NCBI GenBank assembly: GCA_044869275.1
Contig: JBIOXB010000203.1
Span: 1 to 38,497, forward strand
Source: a bacterium
GTDB taxonomy: Bacteria > Zhuqueibacterota > Zhuqueibacteria > Zhuqueibacterales > Zhuqueibacteraceae
Length of the DNA stretch: 38,497 nt
Reading direction: 5' to 3'
Shown here: piece by piece, positions 8,980 through 18,622 of the stretch
How positions within the stretch are numbered: position 1 is the stretch's first letter
How the letters are laid out: each line of letters opens with the position of its first letter
Notes under the pieces: model-generated
Told to the model about the DNA's origin: nothing
The model's input: the letters and a program-made list of their open reading frames with translations, nothing else
Databases searched by the model: none
Program-made: the position numbers and the translations under genes

Positions 8980-10164
8980 ATGACCAGAACTGTTCGCTTC
9001 ATCGCAGGCATTATTCTCCTCCTCGGCATGGAAGTGTTGCGCGTGTATTTCATCATGCCATTTCCAGGAAGCCAGCGTTCTGAAACGCTCGCTCTGGCAT
9101 ATTTCATCCACAACAACATCGGGTATTTTCGAATCATTGGCCTGCTGCTCGTCGCGTTCCCCGTCTTTCATTCCTTCCGTTTTGGCGGCCAGAAAGCAAA
9201 ATGGAGCATGGCCGCGGCCCTGGGCGCTTGTGCGCTTGTTTTTTACCTCTTCAATTTCCGCTTCCTGGCGGACAAAATGTTCTATCAACCGCAGCACAAG
9301 GTTTTTGCCGATACCCTATCCAACAAAATTCTTGAAAAGAATCTGGTCCTGGGCGTGCATCTCAACGGAGAAGCGAAAGCATATCCCCTCGAAATCATCG
9401 GTTATCACCACCAGGTCCGGGATACCATTGGCAATACTCCGGTGATGATCACCTACTGCACCGTTTGCCGGACGGGACGTGCTTTCAGTCCGGTGCTTGA
9501 TCATAAGCCCCAGGATTTTAGACTGGTCGGCATGGACCACTTCAACGCGATGTTCGAGGATGCCGCCACCAAGACTTGGTGGCGGCAGGTGAATGGCGAA
9601 GCTATTGCCGGCCCATTAACCGGGAGAACGCTGGCAGAAGTTCCTTCCGAACAAATGCGCCTTGGAGCGTGGATCAACCAGCACCCGAGAACGCTCATTA
9701 TGCAAGCGGATAGCGTGTTTGAAGAAGAATATGAACATTTGGCAAATTACGACGAAGGCAAAAGCAACAGCGCTTTGACGCGCGCCGATTCGCTTTCGTG
9801 GCAGGATAAATCCTGGATTGTCGGGGTGCAACTGGGCGGAGCCGCCCGCGCGTACGATTGGAATGACTTGATCGCGAGCCGGTGCATCAATGATACGCTG
9901 GCCGGAACTGCTTTGGTGGTGTCCATTGAAAGCGATAGTGCCTCTTTTCATGTTTGGCGGCGTGATTCGCTCAGCTTTAGCTTCGACGCTTCCATTTCTT
10001 TGCTCAAGGATGAACAAACGCGATCTGTGTGGAATTGGCGAGGCGAATGTATCGAAGGAGCTTTGCAGGGACGCAGGTTGCAGGTGCTGCAATCCTACCA
10101 GGAGTTCTGGCATTCGTGGCGAACCTTTCGACCGCAGACGACACAATATCGCGTCTCAAATTAG
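8980..10164 (+). CDS. DUF3179 domain protein with N-terminal membrane region
   Basis: AKAYP...HHQVRD...ITYCTVCRTG...D..TKTWWRQVNGEAIAGPL.G; C-terminal FWHSWRTFRPQT; three N-terminal hydrophobic helices. Confidence 0.85.
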   Translation: MTRTVRFIAGIILLLGMEVLRVYFIMPFPGSQRSETLALAYFIHNNIGYFRIIGLLLVAFPVFHSFRFGGQKAKWSMAAALGACALVFYLFNFRFLADKMFYQPQHKVFADTLSNKILEKNLVLGVHLNGEAKAYPLEIIGYHHQVRDTIGNTPVMITYCTVCRTGRAFSPVLDHKPQDFRLVGMDHFNAMFEDAATKTWWRQVNGEAIAGPLTGRTLAEVPSEQMRLGAWINQHPRTLIMQADSVFEEEYEHLANYDEGKSNSALTRADSLSWQDKSWIVGVQLGGAARAYDWNDLIASRCINDTLAGTALVVSIESDSASFHVWRRDSLSFSFDASISLLKDEQTRSVWNWRGECIEGALQGRRLQVLQSYQEFWHSWRTFRPQTTQYRVSN

Positions 10165-10233
10165 GTTACACAGCGTACACTTACGGCCGCACAGATTAGT
10201 GAACCGCGAGCTTTTTCTCCAGACGAAAACGAA

Positions 10234-13200
10234 TCACGGTCTGTTCTCGTCCTTCGCAGATGATCGTCTATTATCCTGGCTGGACTTGTCCGGATACGCC
10301 GGGGCTTGGGGAACCGGCCGGGGATCTCGACGGATCAGGTCCTGAAGGTGCTGCACGGCAGCCGTAAGCTGGGCATCTTCACCGTTGAACGTGGCGTGCG
10401 GTAGATTGTCCACCATGAGGTCCGGGTCCACCCCGTGTCCTTCGATTAGCCACTTGCCTTCGGGACCATATACGCCAGTTTCCGCGGCGGTGACGATGCC
10501 ATCATCCACAAGTCGATTGCTTCTGCTGAGCCAGATTTGGCCGCCCCACGTGCGCGTGCCGATGACTTTGCCCAAGCCCAAACGCCGGAACCCTTCGGCA
10601 AAAGCCTCACCATCGGAGGCGGTCCACTCATCCACGAGCACAACCATGTGACCTCGGAACGCGTACTGCATATTCCAATAAGGATTTCCCACGCGTCGTT
10701 GCCAATACATCCAGGCTTTGCGCAAAAGTTTTTCCAGGAGCCAGCTTTCGATATTGCCGCCGTAATTGTGGCGCACGTCCATAATGAGCCCTCTGCGATT
10801 GAAAACAGGATAAAATTCGCGATACCATTCGGCGATATTTTCTGAGCTCATAGCGCGCAGATGCACATAACCGAGGTCGCCACGGCCGAGCTGCTCCACC
10901 ATTAAACGACGTGTATATTCCCATTCGGCATAGCGCAGATCCTCGTCCCGGTTATTTGAGAGGGGATAAACGATAACATCCCGCGTGCCGTTGCCTTCAA
11001 CCGGCTTCACAGTCAAGCGCACCTGCTTGCCCGATTGTTTGCGTAACAAGGCGCGCGGCTCAATGACTGAAAGCGTCGGCACGCCGTTGATCGTGAGGAT
11101 AATGTCGCCTTCCCTTACTTCCACGCCGGGTTGCGCCAGCGGGGAAAGCTCGTGGGGAAGATCGGGATCGGATCGATAAACGTGCTCCACGCGATAACCG
11201 CCGGCCGCCTCCTCTCGCGTGAGCCAAGCGCCCAAACTCGCAGGCTCGATGTTTTGTGGTACTTCGCGGTGATCGCCGCCACGCACGAATATATGCAGAG
11301 TGGATAATTCACTTGCCATCTGCGCCTGCACATCCGCCAATTCCCCGCGGCTGCGCACGCGCTCAACCAGCGGGAGATATTTCTCGAGCATTCCTTTCCA
11401 ATCGGCGCCGTGCATGCCGCGATCATAAAAATAGTCGCGCTCCAACCGCCATGATTCCACGAAAACTTGGCGCCAATCCTCCTTCGGATCAAGTGAAAAT
11501 CCCCAGCTCGAAAGATCGACTTTGGTTTCGTCCAGCTTCGCCGGTGTATTCGAGGAAGTCTCAATCACGTAAAAGTTGCCGTTCTTGCGAACGACCAGCT
11601 TTTTTCCATGCAGGGCGACCTCGTAGCTGCAAATCTCGTCCACAAGCGTTTTCAATTTGGGAGATTCATTGCTAATGTCGAGCGTCATCAGCGCGGCTTT
11701 GCGGGGCAACGAAGTTTCGCGTTCGATCACAAAGAGCCGCTTATCCCTGGCCACCAAATCGGAGTAGTTTCCCGCAGGTACGGGGACTTCGTAGAGTCGG
11801 CGTTCGATTCCCGCAAGCTCGATGGTCACTTCCGGAATGGGCTCTTTGTTTTTGTCGGTCGCCTCCTTGGCGGGCTTGTCCTTGGCCTTGTCATTACCGG
11901 CCGTACTCGCCTCAACAGATTCCTTTTCAGGTTCTTTCGGTTGCAGCTCATTGGCCGGTTGAAAAGGAAAACGCAATCCCGGCCGCAAAGCGAGGGCAAA
12001 GATTTTCTCTTTCTGGTCGAGAAAGGGCTCGGGCTGCCACGCACCCCAGGGATTTCCAACCAGCGAGTTCAAATGGCGATCGGAGAGGAAATAAATCCAT
12101 GCGCCGTCCGGACTCCAGGTGGCGCTAGAGCTGTTAAAGCGGTCGGTCGTTATCGCCGCGGTTTTGTCCTCACGCAGATCATAAAGGAAGAGTTGCATGA
12201 AACTGTTTTCGGCGCGCTTGCCATAGACGAACCAGCGACTGTCTGGCGACCACGCCGGCGAATCGAATCCCCATTGCGATGAAAAGGCAATTTTTTTCGA
12301 TTGTTTGGTTTCAATTTCGGTGAGCCAGAGCTCTTGATCTTGATTCCAGTGCGCCAGCCATTTTCCATCGGGTGAGGGCAAGCCATCGAAGCGCAGGACT
12401 TTGGAATCGTCGGTCACTTGTTTCGGCGCGGCGATCCCGTCTGCTGCAAGTTGCCACCATTCCACTTCACCACTTTCGTCGGAGAGCACGACCAGCGATT
12501 TTCCCTCCGGCAGAAAGTGTGCGGAGCGGTAACGCACACCGTGCTTGCGAGTGGCCTCGACCCATCGCCCCTGCTTGGCCGGAGCGACGAAAACTTTGCC
12601 GCGCGCCGTGAGCACGAGGCGATCCCCTTCCGGGGAAACATGCCACGAACTCAAGTATTCCATCGGCCTTTCCACCCACCGCTCGCGCATTTGATCGAAA
12701 TCCGAATGCAGGGTGACCGGAATCACGCGGTCCTCCTCCGCGGCAATGTCATACACGCACAAATCAGCGCCAAGTTGATACACGATACGGCCGTTGTGAA
12801 GCGCGGAGGATTTCACCTCCCATCCCACATGGCGCGTGTGTTGTTTCAGTTCGCGGCCCTCTTCCGTCATCGACCAAATGTTCATCGTACCGTCGCGATC
12901 GCTCTCAAAATAAACGCGCTGATGCCACCACATCGGTCTGCGGCTTGTGCCCGCATAATCGGCAGTGAGCGGCTCGGCTTCGCCGTTCGCTTTCGTGAAC
13001 TTCCAGAGGTTTTGTGCCGTGCCGCCGCGATAACGCTTGGTCTGGCTGCCTTGGTCTGCGAAGCGGGTGAAGAACAAGGTCCGGCCCGCAGGCTCATAGA
13101 CGCCCTCGGCGGCCTGCGCCAGTGGAATGAGCGAGCGGCCTCCGATGCGAGGGTCAAGAGCGACCAGTTGGGTGTTGGGCAGAGTTGAATATTGTTCGGT

Positions 13201-13524
13201 CGCATACAGAATCTTTGCGTCTGGCGTCCATCCCACCACACGCGCGCCTCCCTCATAGGTGAGGCGTTTGGGAAGGCCCCCCGCGGCAGGCATCACGTAG
13301 ACCTCCATTGGGCCTTCATAAGTCGCGGAGAACGCGAGCATGGCGCCGTCAGGTGAGAAAGCGGGATATGATTCCTCACCCGGATGCGTGGTAAGGCGAA
13401 TCCCCGCACCACCCTGAAGGTTCACGCACCAAAGATCACCTTCGCCGGCAAAAACAACTGTTTCATTATGAATAGCCGGGAAGCGATAGTATCCGAGCCG
13501 TTTTCCGTCATCATCATTCACCAC
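10234..13524 (-). CDS. Tricorn-type S41 protease
   Basis: 1096 aa; PD40-like propeller repeats, PDZ region, DVRHNYGG, catalytic ASDGE, GTRTWGG, IEGHGVDPD. No obvious signal peptide. Confidence 0.95.
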   Translation of the reverse strand: MVNDDDGKRLGYYRFPAIHNETVVFAGEGDLWCVNLQGGAGIRLTTHPGEESYPAFSPDGAMLAFSATYEGPMEVYVMPAAGGLPKRLTYEGGARVVGWTPDAKILYATEQYSTLPNTQLVALDPRIGGRSLIPLAQAAEGVYEPAGRTLFFTRFADQGSQTKRYRGGTAQNLWKFTKANGEAEPLTADYAGTSRRPMWWHQRVYFESDRDGTMNIWSMTEEGRELKQHTRHVGWEVKSSALHNGRIVYQLGADLCVYDIAAEEDRVIPVTLHSDFDQMRERWVERPMEYLSSWHVSPEGDRLVLTARGKVFVAPAKQGRWVEATRKHGVRYRSAHFLPEGKSLVVLSDESGEVEWWQLAADGIAAPKQVTDDSKVLRFDGLPSPDGKWLAHWNQDQELWLTEIETKQSKKIAFSSQWGFDSPAWSPDSRWFVYGKRAENSFMQLFLYDLREDKTAAITTDRFNSSSATWSPDGAWIYFLSDRHLNSLVGNPWGAWQPEPFLDQKEKIFALALRPGLRFPFQPANELQPKEPEKESVEASTAGNDKAKDKPAKEATDKNKEPIPEVTIELAGIERRLYEVPVPAGNYSDLVARDKRLFVIERETSLPRKAALMTLDISNESPKLKTLVDEICSYEVALHGKKLVVRKNGNFYVIETSSNTPAKLDETKVDLSSWGFSLDPKEDWRQVFVESWRLERDYFYDRGMHGADWKGMLEKYLPLVERVRSRGELADVQAQMASELSTLHIFVRGGDHREVPQNIEPASLGAWLTREEAAGGYRVEHVYRSDPDLPHELSPLAQPGVEVREGDIILTINGVPTLSVIEPRALLRKQSGKQVRLTVKPVEGNGTRDVIVYPLSNNRDEDLRYAEWEYTRRLMVEQLGRGDLGYVHLRAMSSENIAEWYREFYPVFNRRGLIMDVRHNYGGNIESWLLEKLLRKAWMYWQRRVGNPYWNMQYAFRGHMVVLVDEWTASDGEAFAEGFRRLGLGKVIGTRTWGGQIWLSRSNRLVDDGIVTAAETGVYGPEGKWLIEGHGVDPDLMVDNLPHATFNGEDAQLTAAVQHLQDLIRRDPRPVPQAPAYPDKSSQDNRRSSAKDENRP

Positions 13525-13666
13525 GGACCCCTCCTCTTTTTCTCAAGAAAGATATTCTGCGTGGGCCAACCTTGCGGCCATTGCAATTAAACCAGACCTC
13601 TCAGGCTTCATCATGCCTCTGCACAAATTCAAATGAATGGCATGTTTTCATGAATATCATGAGTCA

Positions 13667-15928
13667 TTATCTCGCCTGTGGCAACGCGAACGCGACATAG
13701 GCGTCGCCGGGTTTCGTGCCCATCTTGCCCCCGCCGCAGGCGATGACGACATACTGGCTGCCTTGATACTCATACGTGCTGGGCGTGGCGTAGCCGCCTG
13801 CGGGCAGCTTGGCCTCCCACAAGACTTTGCCGCTGTCTTTGTCGAAAGCGCGGAGTTTTTCATCTTTCGCCGCGCCGATGAAGATCAAGCCGCTGGCGGT
13901 TATTACCGGGCCACCGTAGTTTTCCGTGCCCGTGGGCGGAAGGCCTCTTTGCGTCAATGCTTCAAACTCGCCCAGTGGAACTTGCCAAACGATTTCGCCT
14001 TTGTTCAAATCAATCGCATTCAACGTGCCCCAGGGCGGGCGAATCGCGGGGTAGCCTTCGTGATCCAAAAAGCGATGGTAACCGGTGGAAACGAACGGAA
14101 CAATCGGCGCTCCCGCGGACGCGGATCGACGGCTGTGCGGGTCCAGCGGTTTGGCATTTTTGTCTTCAAAGAGAAACGCCAGCAAGTATTGTTTTTCTTC
14201 CGCCGAGAGAAAATCGTTCGAAGGCATCGAGCCTTTGCCTTTGACGATCAGTTGCAGCACTTCCGCCTTTGATTTGCGACGCTGTAGGTTGGTCAGCGCC
14301 GGATAGATTTTTTGCTGATCGCCCTCGCGCTGGCCGCCGTGGCAGCTCGCGCAATTCAAAGCATACACAACTTTGCCTCGGTCATAGGGGTTTTCAGATT
14401 GCGCCAACTCGATGTCGATCATGGTGAGAATCCACGGCATTTCATTCGAGTTCACGTAGAGCATGCCGGTGTTGGGATCAAAACCCGCGCCGCCCCATTC
14501 TGCACCGCCGTCGAAGCCGGGGAAGATCATCGAGCCTTGCTTGCTCGGTGGCACGAATTGTCCAGCGCTGCGCACTTCGCGCAAGCGCGCAAGTGCGGCT
14601 GCCCGCGCTTCCGGCGTAGTGCTGGTAACGTCTTCTTCCGTGAAAACTTGTCGCGCGAATGGCGACGGTTTGAGCGGCAAGGGTTGTGTCGGCCACGTCT
14701 CTTCACCCTCCAAATTGGAGGCAGGGTATGGCCTCTCTTCAATCGGAAAAAGCGGCTCGCCGGTTTCGCGATCGAAGACGAAGACAAAACCGGATTTTGT
14801 GACCTGGGCGACGGCCTCGATGCTTTTGCCCTCGCGAACAATTGTCACCAAATTCGGCGGCGCCGGCAAATCGCGATCCCACAAATCATGATGCACGGTT
14901 TGATAATGCCACACGCGTTCGCCGGTTTCGGCTTTCAACGCAAGCAAGGAATTGGCAAAGAGGTTTTGGCCTTTGCGATTGCCGCCGTAGAAATCATACG
15001 CCGCAGAACCGGTGGGAATGAAGACGAGTCCGCGCTGGTGATCGACGCTCATGCCGGCCCAGCAATTCGCGCCGCCGGCTCGCTTCCAAGCGTCCTCAGG
15101 CCAGGTGTCATAGCCGAACTCGCCCGGATGCGGAATCGCATGAAAAATCCATCTTACCGCACCGGTGCGAGCATCGAACGCGCGAATGTGCCCGGGTGCT
15201 GAAATCGGGCCTTCGGAAACGCGCGTGCCGAGAATGAGAAGATCTTTGTAGATCACGCCCGGTGTCGTTGCACTCACAAGAAGATCCCAATCGCCCTCAC
15301 TGCTCAACTCACGATCGAGATTTTTATCCAGGCGCACTTTGCCGCTGTCGCCAAAACTCGTGACGAGCTTGCCGGTGCGCGCATCGACCGCGAACAAATA
15401 AACGCCGGCGGTAAAGAGAATGCGCTGGTCTTTGCCCGCTTCATCCTGCCAATACGTGACGCCGCGATGGCGGCCTTGGGTGTTCACCTCCTCAGGACGA
15501 TCGGCAAAGGGATCGAACTTCCAAATCTCCTCGCCCGTGCCGGCATGGAGCGCGAAAATTTTCGTGCGCGGCGAGCTGCCATACAACACGCCGTTCACGA
15601 TGAGGGGATTGCATTGCATTTCGCCATGCTCGCCTTCGGGAAGGTCGCCGGTGCGATACCTCCATGCGACTTGCAATTGCGCGACATTGTCTTTGGCGAT
15701 TTGGCGGAGCGGGGAATAATGGCTGCTGCTGCGATCGCCGAGATAGACTCGCCATTCTTTCTTGGCAGCGGCACCATTCAGCCACTCCTCGGATTTCTGG
15801 CAGGCCCCGATCAGGTTGAAGAACAACAATGCCCGGAAGCAGGCGAGCACTCGAGGAAACAAACTGGCGCTAAAAGTCTTCGTGAAGCGAGAGCGTTCAG
15901 GATGAAGCATCGTTTGCCGTTTCACCAT
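13667..15928 (-). CDS. PQQ-dependent glucose/quinate-type dehydrogenase with inserted cytochrome c domain
   Basis: PQQ propeller repeats, GGANCWAGM, YQTVHHDLWDRDLPAPP, PGFDGGAEWGG, heme motif CASCH, ATPSTY. The true start may be slightly downstream. Confidence 0.93.
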   Translation of the reverse strand: MVKRQTMLHPERSRFTKTFSASLFPRVLACFRALLFFNLIGACQKSEEWLNGAAAKKEWRVYLGDRSSSHYSPLRQIAKDNVAQLQVAWRYRTGDLPEGEHGEMQCNPLIVNGVLYGSSPRTKIFALHAGTGEEIWKFDPFADRPEEVNTQGRHRGVTYWQDEAGKDQRILFTAGVYLFAVDARTGKLVTSFGDSGKVRLDKNLDRELSSEGDWDLLVSATTPGVIYKDLLILGTRVSEGPISAPGHIRAFDARTGAVRWIFHAIPHPGEFGYDTWPEDAWKRAGGANCWAGMSVDHQRGLVFIPTGSAAYDFYGGNRKGQNLFANSLLALKAETGERVWHYQTVHHDLWDRDLPAPPNLVTIVREGKSIEAVAQVTKSGFVFVFDRETGEPLFPIEERPYPASNLEGEETWPTQPLPLKPSPFARQVFTEEDVTSTTPEARAAALARLREVRSAGQFVPPSKQGSMIFPGFDGGAEWGGAGFDPNTGMLYVNSNEMPWILTMIDIELAQSENPYDRGKVVYALNCASCHGGQREGDQQKIYPALTNLQRRKSKAEVLQLIVKGKGSMPSNDFLSAEEKQYLLAFLFEDKNAKPLDPHSRRSASAGAPIVPFVSTGYHRFLDHEGYPAIRPPWGTLNAIDLNKGEIVWQVPLGEFEALTQRGLPPTGTENYGGPVITASGLIFIGAAKDEKLRAFDKDSGKVLWEAKLPAGGYATPSTYEYQGSQYVVIACGGGKMGTKPGDAYVAFALPQAR

Positions 15929-15947
15929 GTTTTCCTTCCCTGATTAG

Positions 15948-16091
15948 CTTGACAATGTTAAGTCAAATTCGCGCCCTCTCAATTTGTCATGCTGTAAGCA
16001 TCTTCCCTAGGTTTGTGTGCAAGCCTCGTGGGAAGATTCCTACAGAATGACAAAAACTAGGGGCTTTTTTAGCCAACTTAAAATTGTCAAG
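15948..16091. mobile_element. MITE family C copy 1
   Basis: TIR CTTGACAATGTTAAGT / ACTTAAAATTGTCAAG with TTAG duplicated on both sides; internal TGTCAT...ATGACA palindrome; inverted homolog at 35664-35817. Confidence 0.85.
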
Positions 16092-16186
16092 TTAGAGGCT
16101 GCCAAAGAATTCACCAGGCTGTCATAGCGCAAACGGGTATTCACGCGCAGAATAAAATTCCAAAAAACTTTAGGCACCGGTTTTTC

Positions 16187-18355
16187 TCATCGCAACAATA
16201 CACTGCCTCCCATATACCAATTCCGGCCGGCTGCCGGTTCAAAGAATCGGTCACCCGCGGCATTCGGAACAATCGAGCTATTGTAGCGTTCGTCGAAGAC
16301 GTTATTGATACCTGCAAAGAACTCGATTCGGAGTTTGCTGAATTGATGCTGCCACCCCAGGCGCAAATCAACGGTGCGGTAGGCGTCGTTGATAAAATCA
16401 CCTAAAGGTTTGTTAACGGACGGAGCAGGGCCGTTGAAATCATTGGTATAGAACTGATCCACCCATTGCAGGTTGATTTCGGCAAAAACGCCTTGGTTAT
16501 GCTCGTAAGCCAGGCTCGCGAAAAAACGATGGGACGGAATCCCGGGAATCTGATTGCCGGCCAATTGCGCCAGCGTCACACTATCCGTCTCAACCACAAA
16601 ATCCTGAAACGCAAAATCCATATATGCATACGCCGCCTCCGCACGCCAACCGCGGGCAGGCGACCACTGCACACCGATTTCCAGACCGTTGTTTTGCGCC
16701 TGGCCCGCATTGCGATAAAAAACCTCCTCGCTTTCGCGTCCGGCGATTTGATATGGAATCAACATATCTTTGACACGGAACAGATAGAACGAAGCTTCAT
16801 ATTGACAATGAACACTCGGCCAAGTGCCTCTAACACCAAGCTCGTAACTCAAAAGCCTCTCCGGTTGCAGCGTTGGATGCAGGCCGCCTTCTTGAGTCGG
16901 TTGGTTGCCCAGTTCCGTCGTGGTCGGCGTTTGAAAGGCCGTCGCTATGTTGCCATAAAGCGAAAGCAACGGGTTGGCGCGATAAGTCAGACCGAACATG
17001 GGGCTGAATTTTTCCATGCGTCTCGTGCCGGAATCATCAACGCCATCGGTAAGAAAATGATCAACGACCTCGAACTCGTACCGGTCGAAGCGCTCACCCA
17101 CTGTGAGCGCCCAGTTTTGATGTGGCGCGAACTCAAGCTCGGCAAATGCGCCGATCCCCTTGACCCTTTCCTTTTGGTCCAACAAGCGCGCGCCGTAACG
17201 CACCAAACCAAGAATATCGCTGCTTTTTGCTGTCTCGACCTGGTCTTGCGGAATGCCGACGTTTTCGAATTCCACTCGCGTATCATACTGCCGTTCATAG
17301 TCGACGCCGGTATTTCCACGTAGAAACGCACTGCCGAATTGCCACCGTTTGCCATACACCGCACGAAGGCCGCCGGAAGTCCGGTCCAACTCAATGATGC
17401 GTCCGGGAATGGGATTGCTCAAGTCGCGAGACAGGCCATAGCCGGTGGCTTCAAAATAAGAGGTTTCACCATTATGCTTAAAAGTTATGCCGCCCTGGCC
17501 CTGGCTTGTGCTTTTGCCGGCGCCTTGTTGCTGAATGAAAAATCGAGTTTGCGCCGGCGAGCTCCCGGCCTCGGTTTTGGACAATGAGCTCGGATTCAAC
17601 AGGTACGGCGCATCAAAATAGTTGAAGACTGCGCTCAACTTGAGATGCTGCGATAGCTCACGATGCGCCACCGCATTGAGGGCATTAAACCGGGCGGCGG
17701 AATGCTCGCGAAAACCGTCGAGTTGCAGACGGCTCACATTCAGGAGATAGGTTTGTCGCGCGATTTGTCCGGATACTTTTGCCTGCCATTTTTGCAAGCC
17801 AGATGAACCAGCGACAAATTGCGGTTGAACTTGAATCGGCGCATCGAATTCATTTTCGGTGCGAATGTTGATGAGGCCTCCCGCGGCATTGCCATACAAC
17901 GACGAGCTGGGGCCGCGCAGAATCTCAATCTTGTCCACCGAGCCGAGATCGAGATTGTTCAATTGCGACTGGCCGTCGGGCAGAGTAAGGGGAATGCCGT
18001 CCAAGATGATTTTGATGCCGCGCACGCCGAACGGCGCGCGACTGCCGAGGCCGCGAATGCTGAGGCGATCACCTTGCGACAGGTTAAAACGGTTATTCAC
18101 CACGACACCCGGCACGGCGCGCAAGGCTTCGTCGAGCGAAAGCCCAACCTCGGCGCGCTGGATTTCTTTCCGGGCGATCACGCTGAGGGCGTACGGCACC
18201 CGGTCAATCGAGCGCTCGGCACGAGTGGCCGTAACCACAATGGGTGCAAGCTGGTATCGAGTGGTGTCCGATTCCTGTGAGTTCCTTTCCGCTTCCTGTG
18301 CAGACGCTGGCGTGACAATACTGATGATGAAGGTCAGCAAAGAATTTTTGGACAT
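16187..18355 (-). CDS. pqqU: TonB-dependent receptor, PqqU/YncD-like (predicted PQQ importer)
   Basis: Plug VPGVVVNNRFNLSQGDRLSIRGLGSRAPFGVRGIKIILDGIPLTLPDGQSQ...LRGPSSSLYGNAAGG and C-terminal RFFEPAAGRN resemble E. coli YncD/PqqU as recalled. Flanked by PQQ-type enzymes. TonB receptor call is firm; the subfamily is less so. Confidence 0.8.
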   Translation of the reverse strand: MSKNSLLTFIISIVTPASAQEAERNSQESDTTRYQLAPIVVTATRAERSIDRVPYALSVIARKEIQRAEVGLSLDEALRAVPGVVVNNRFNLSQGDRLSIRGLGSRAPFGVRGIKIILDGIPLTLPDGQSQLNNLDLGSVDKIEILRGPSSSLYGNAAGGLINIRTENEFDAPIQVQPQFVAGSSGLQKWQAKVSGQIARQTYLLNVSRLQLDGFREHSAARFNALNAVAHRELSQHLKLSAVFNYFDAPYLLNPSSLSKTEAGSSPAQTRFFIQQQGAGKSTSQGQGGITFKHNGETSYFEATGYGLSRDLSNPIPGRIIELDRTSGGLRAVYGKRWQFGSAFLRGNTGVDYERQYDTRVEFENVGIPQDQVETAKSSDILGLVRYGARLLDQKERVKGIGAFAELEFAPHQNWALTVGERFDRYEFEVVDHFLTDGVDDSGTRRMEKFSPMFGLTYRANPLLSLYGNIATAFQTPTTTELGNQPTQEGGLHPTLQPERLLSYELGVRGTWPSVHCQYEASFYLFRVKDMLIPYQIAGRESEEVFYRNAGQAQNNGLEIGVQWSPARGWRAEAAYAYMDFAFQDFVVETDSVTLAQLAGNQIPGIPSHRFFASLAYEHNQGVFAEINLQWVDQFYTNDFNGPAPSVNKPLGDFINDAYRTVDLRLGWQHQFSKLRIEFFAGINNVFDERYNSSIVPNAAGDRFFEPAAGRNWYMGGSVLLR

Positions 18356-18459
18356 ATTCTATTGAAACCGCATTTCGTCAACCGTCTGCAAAAGGAAACT
18401 AAAGCTGGTTAAGCGATTAGCCTATCAAACATAGAATAAAATTGCAAAAGTTTTTGTCT

Positions 18460-18521
18460 CCAACGGATGGAAAAACGACCAACGGAAAACAAAATCCGTT
18501 GGTCGTTTTGTGATCCGTTGG
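18460..18521. terminator. Long intergenic hairpin
   Basis: CCAACGGAT..AAAACGACCAACGGA, loop, TCCGTTGGTCGTTTT..ATCCGTTGG; about 24 paired bases. Terminator role is inferred. Confidence 0.55.
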
Positions 18522-18622
18522 GCAATTTTTTTAGTCTAAAGCTGCCCGCAGGGCTTCGAGTTTCAGCCCGACTCTTGGGGATGAAAACCCGGTATAGGGC
18601 TTTAGCGCTCTTTGTTGTCCAG

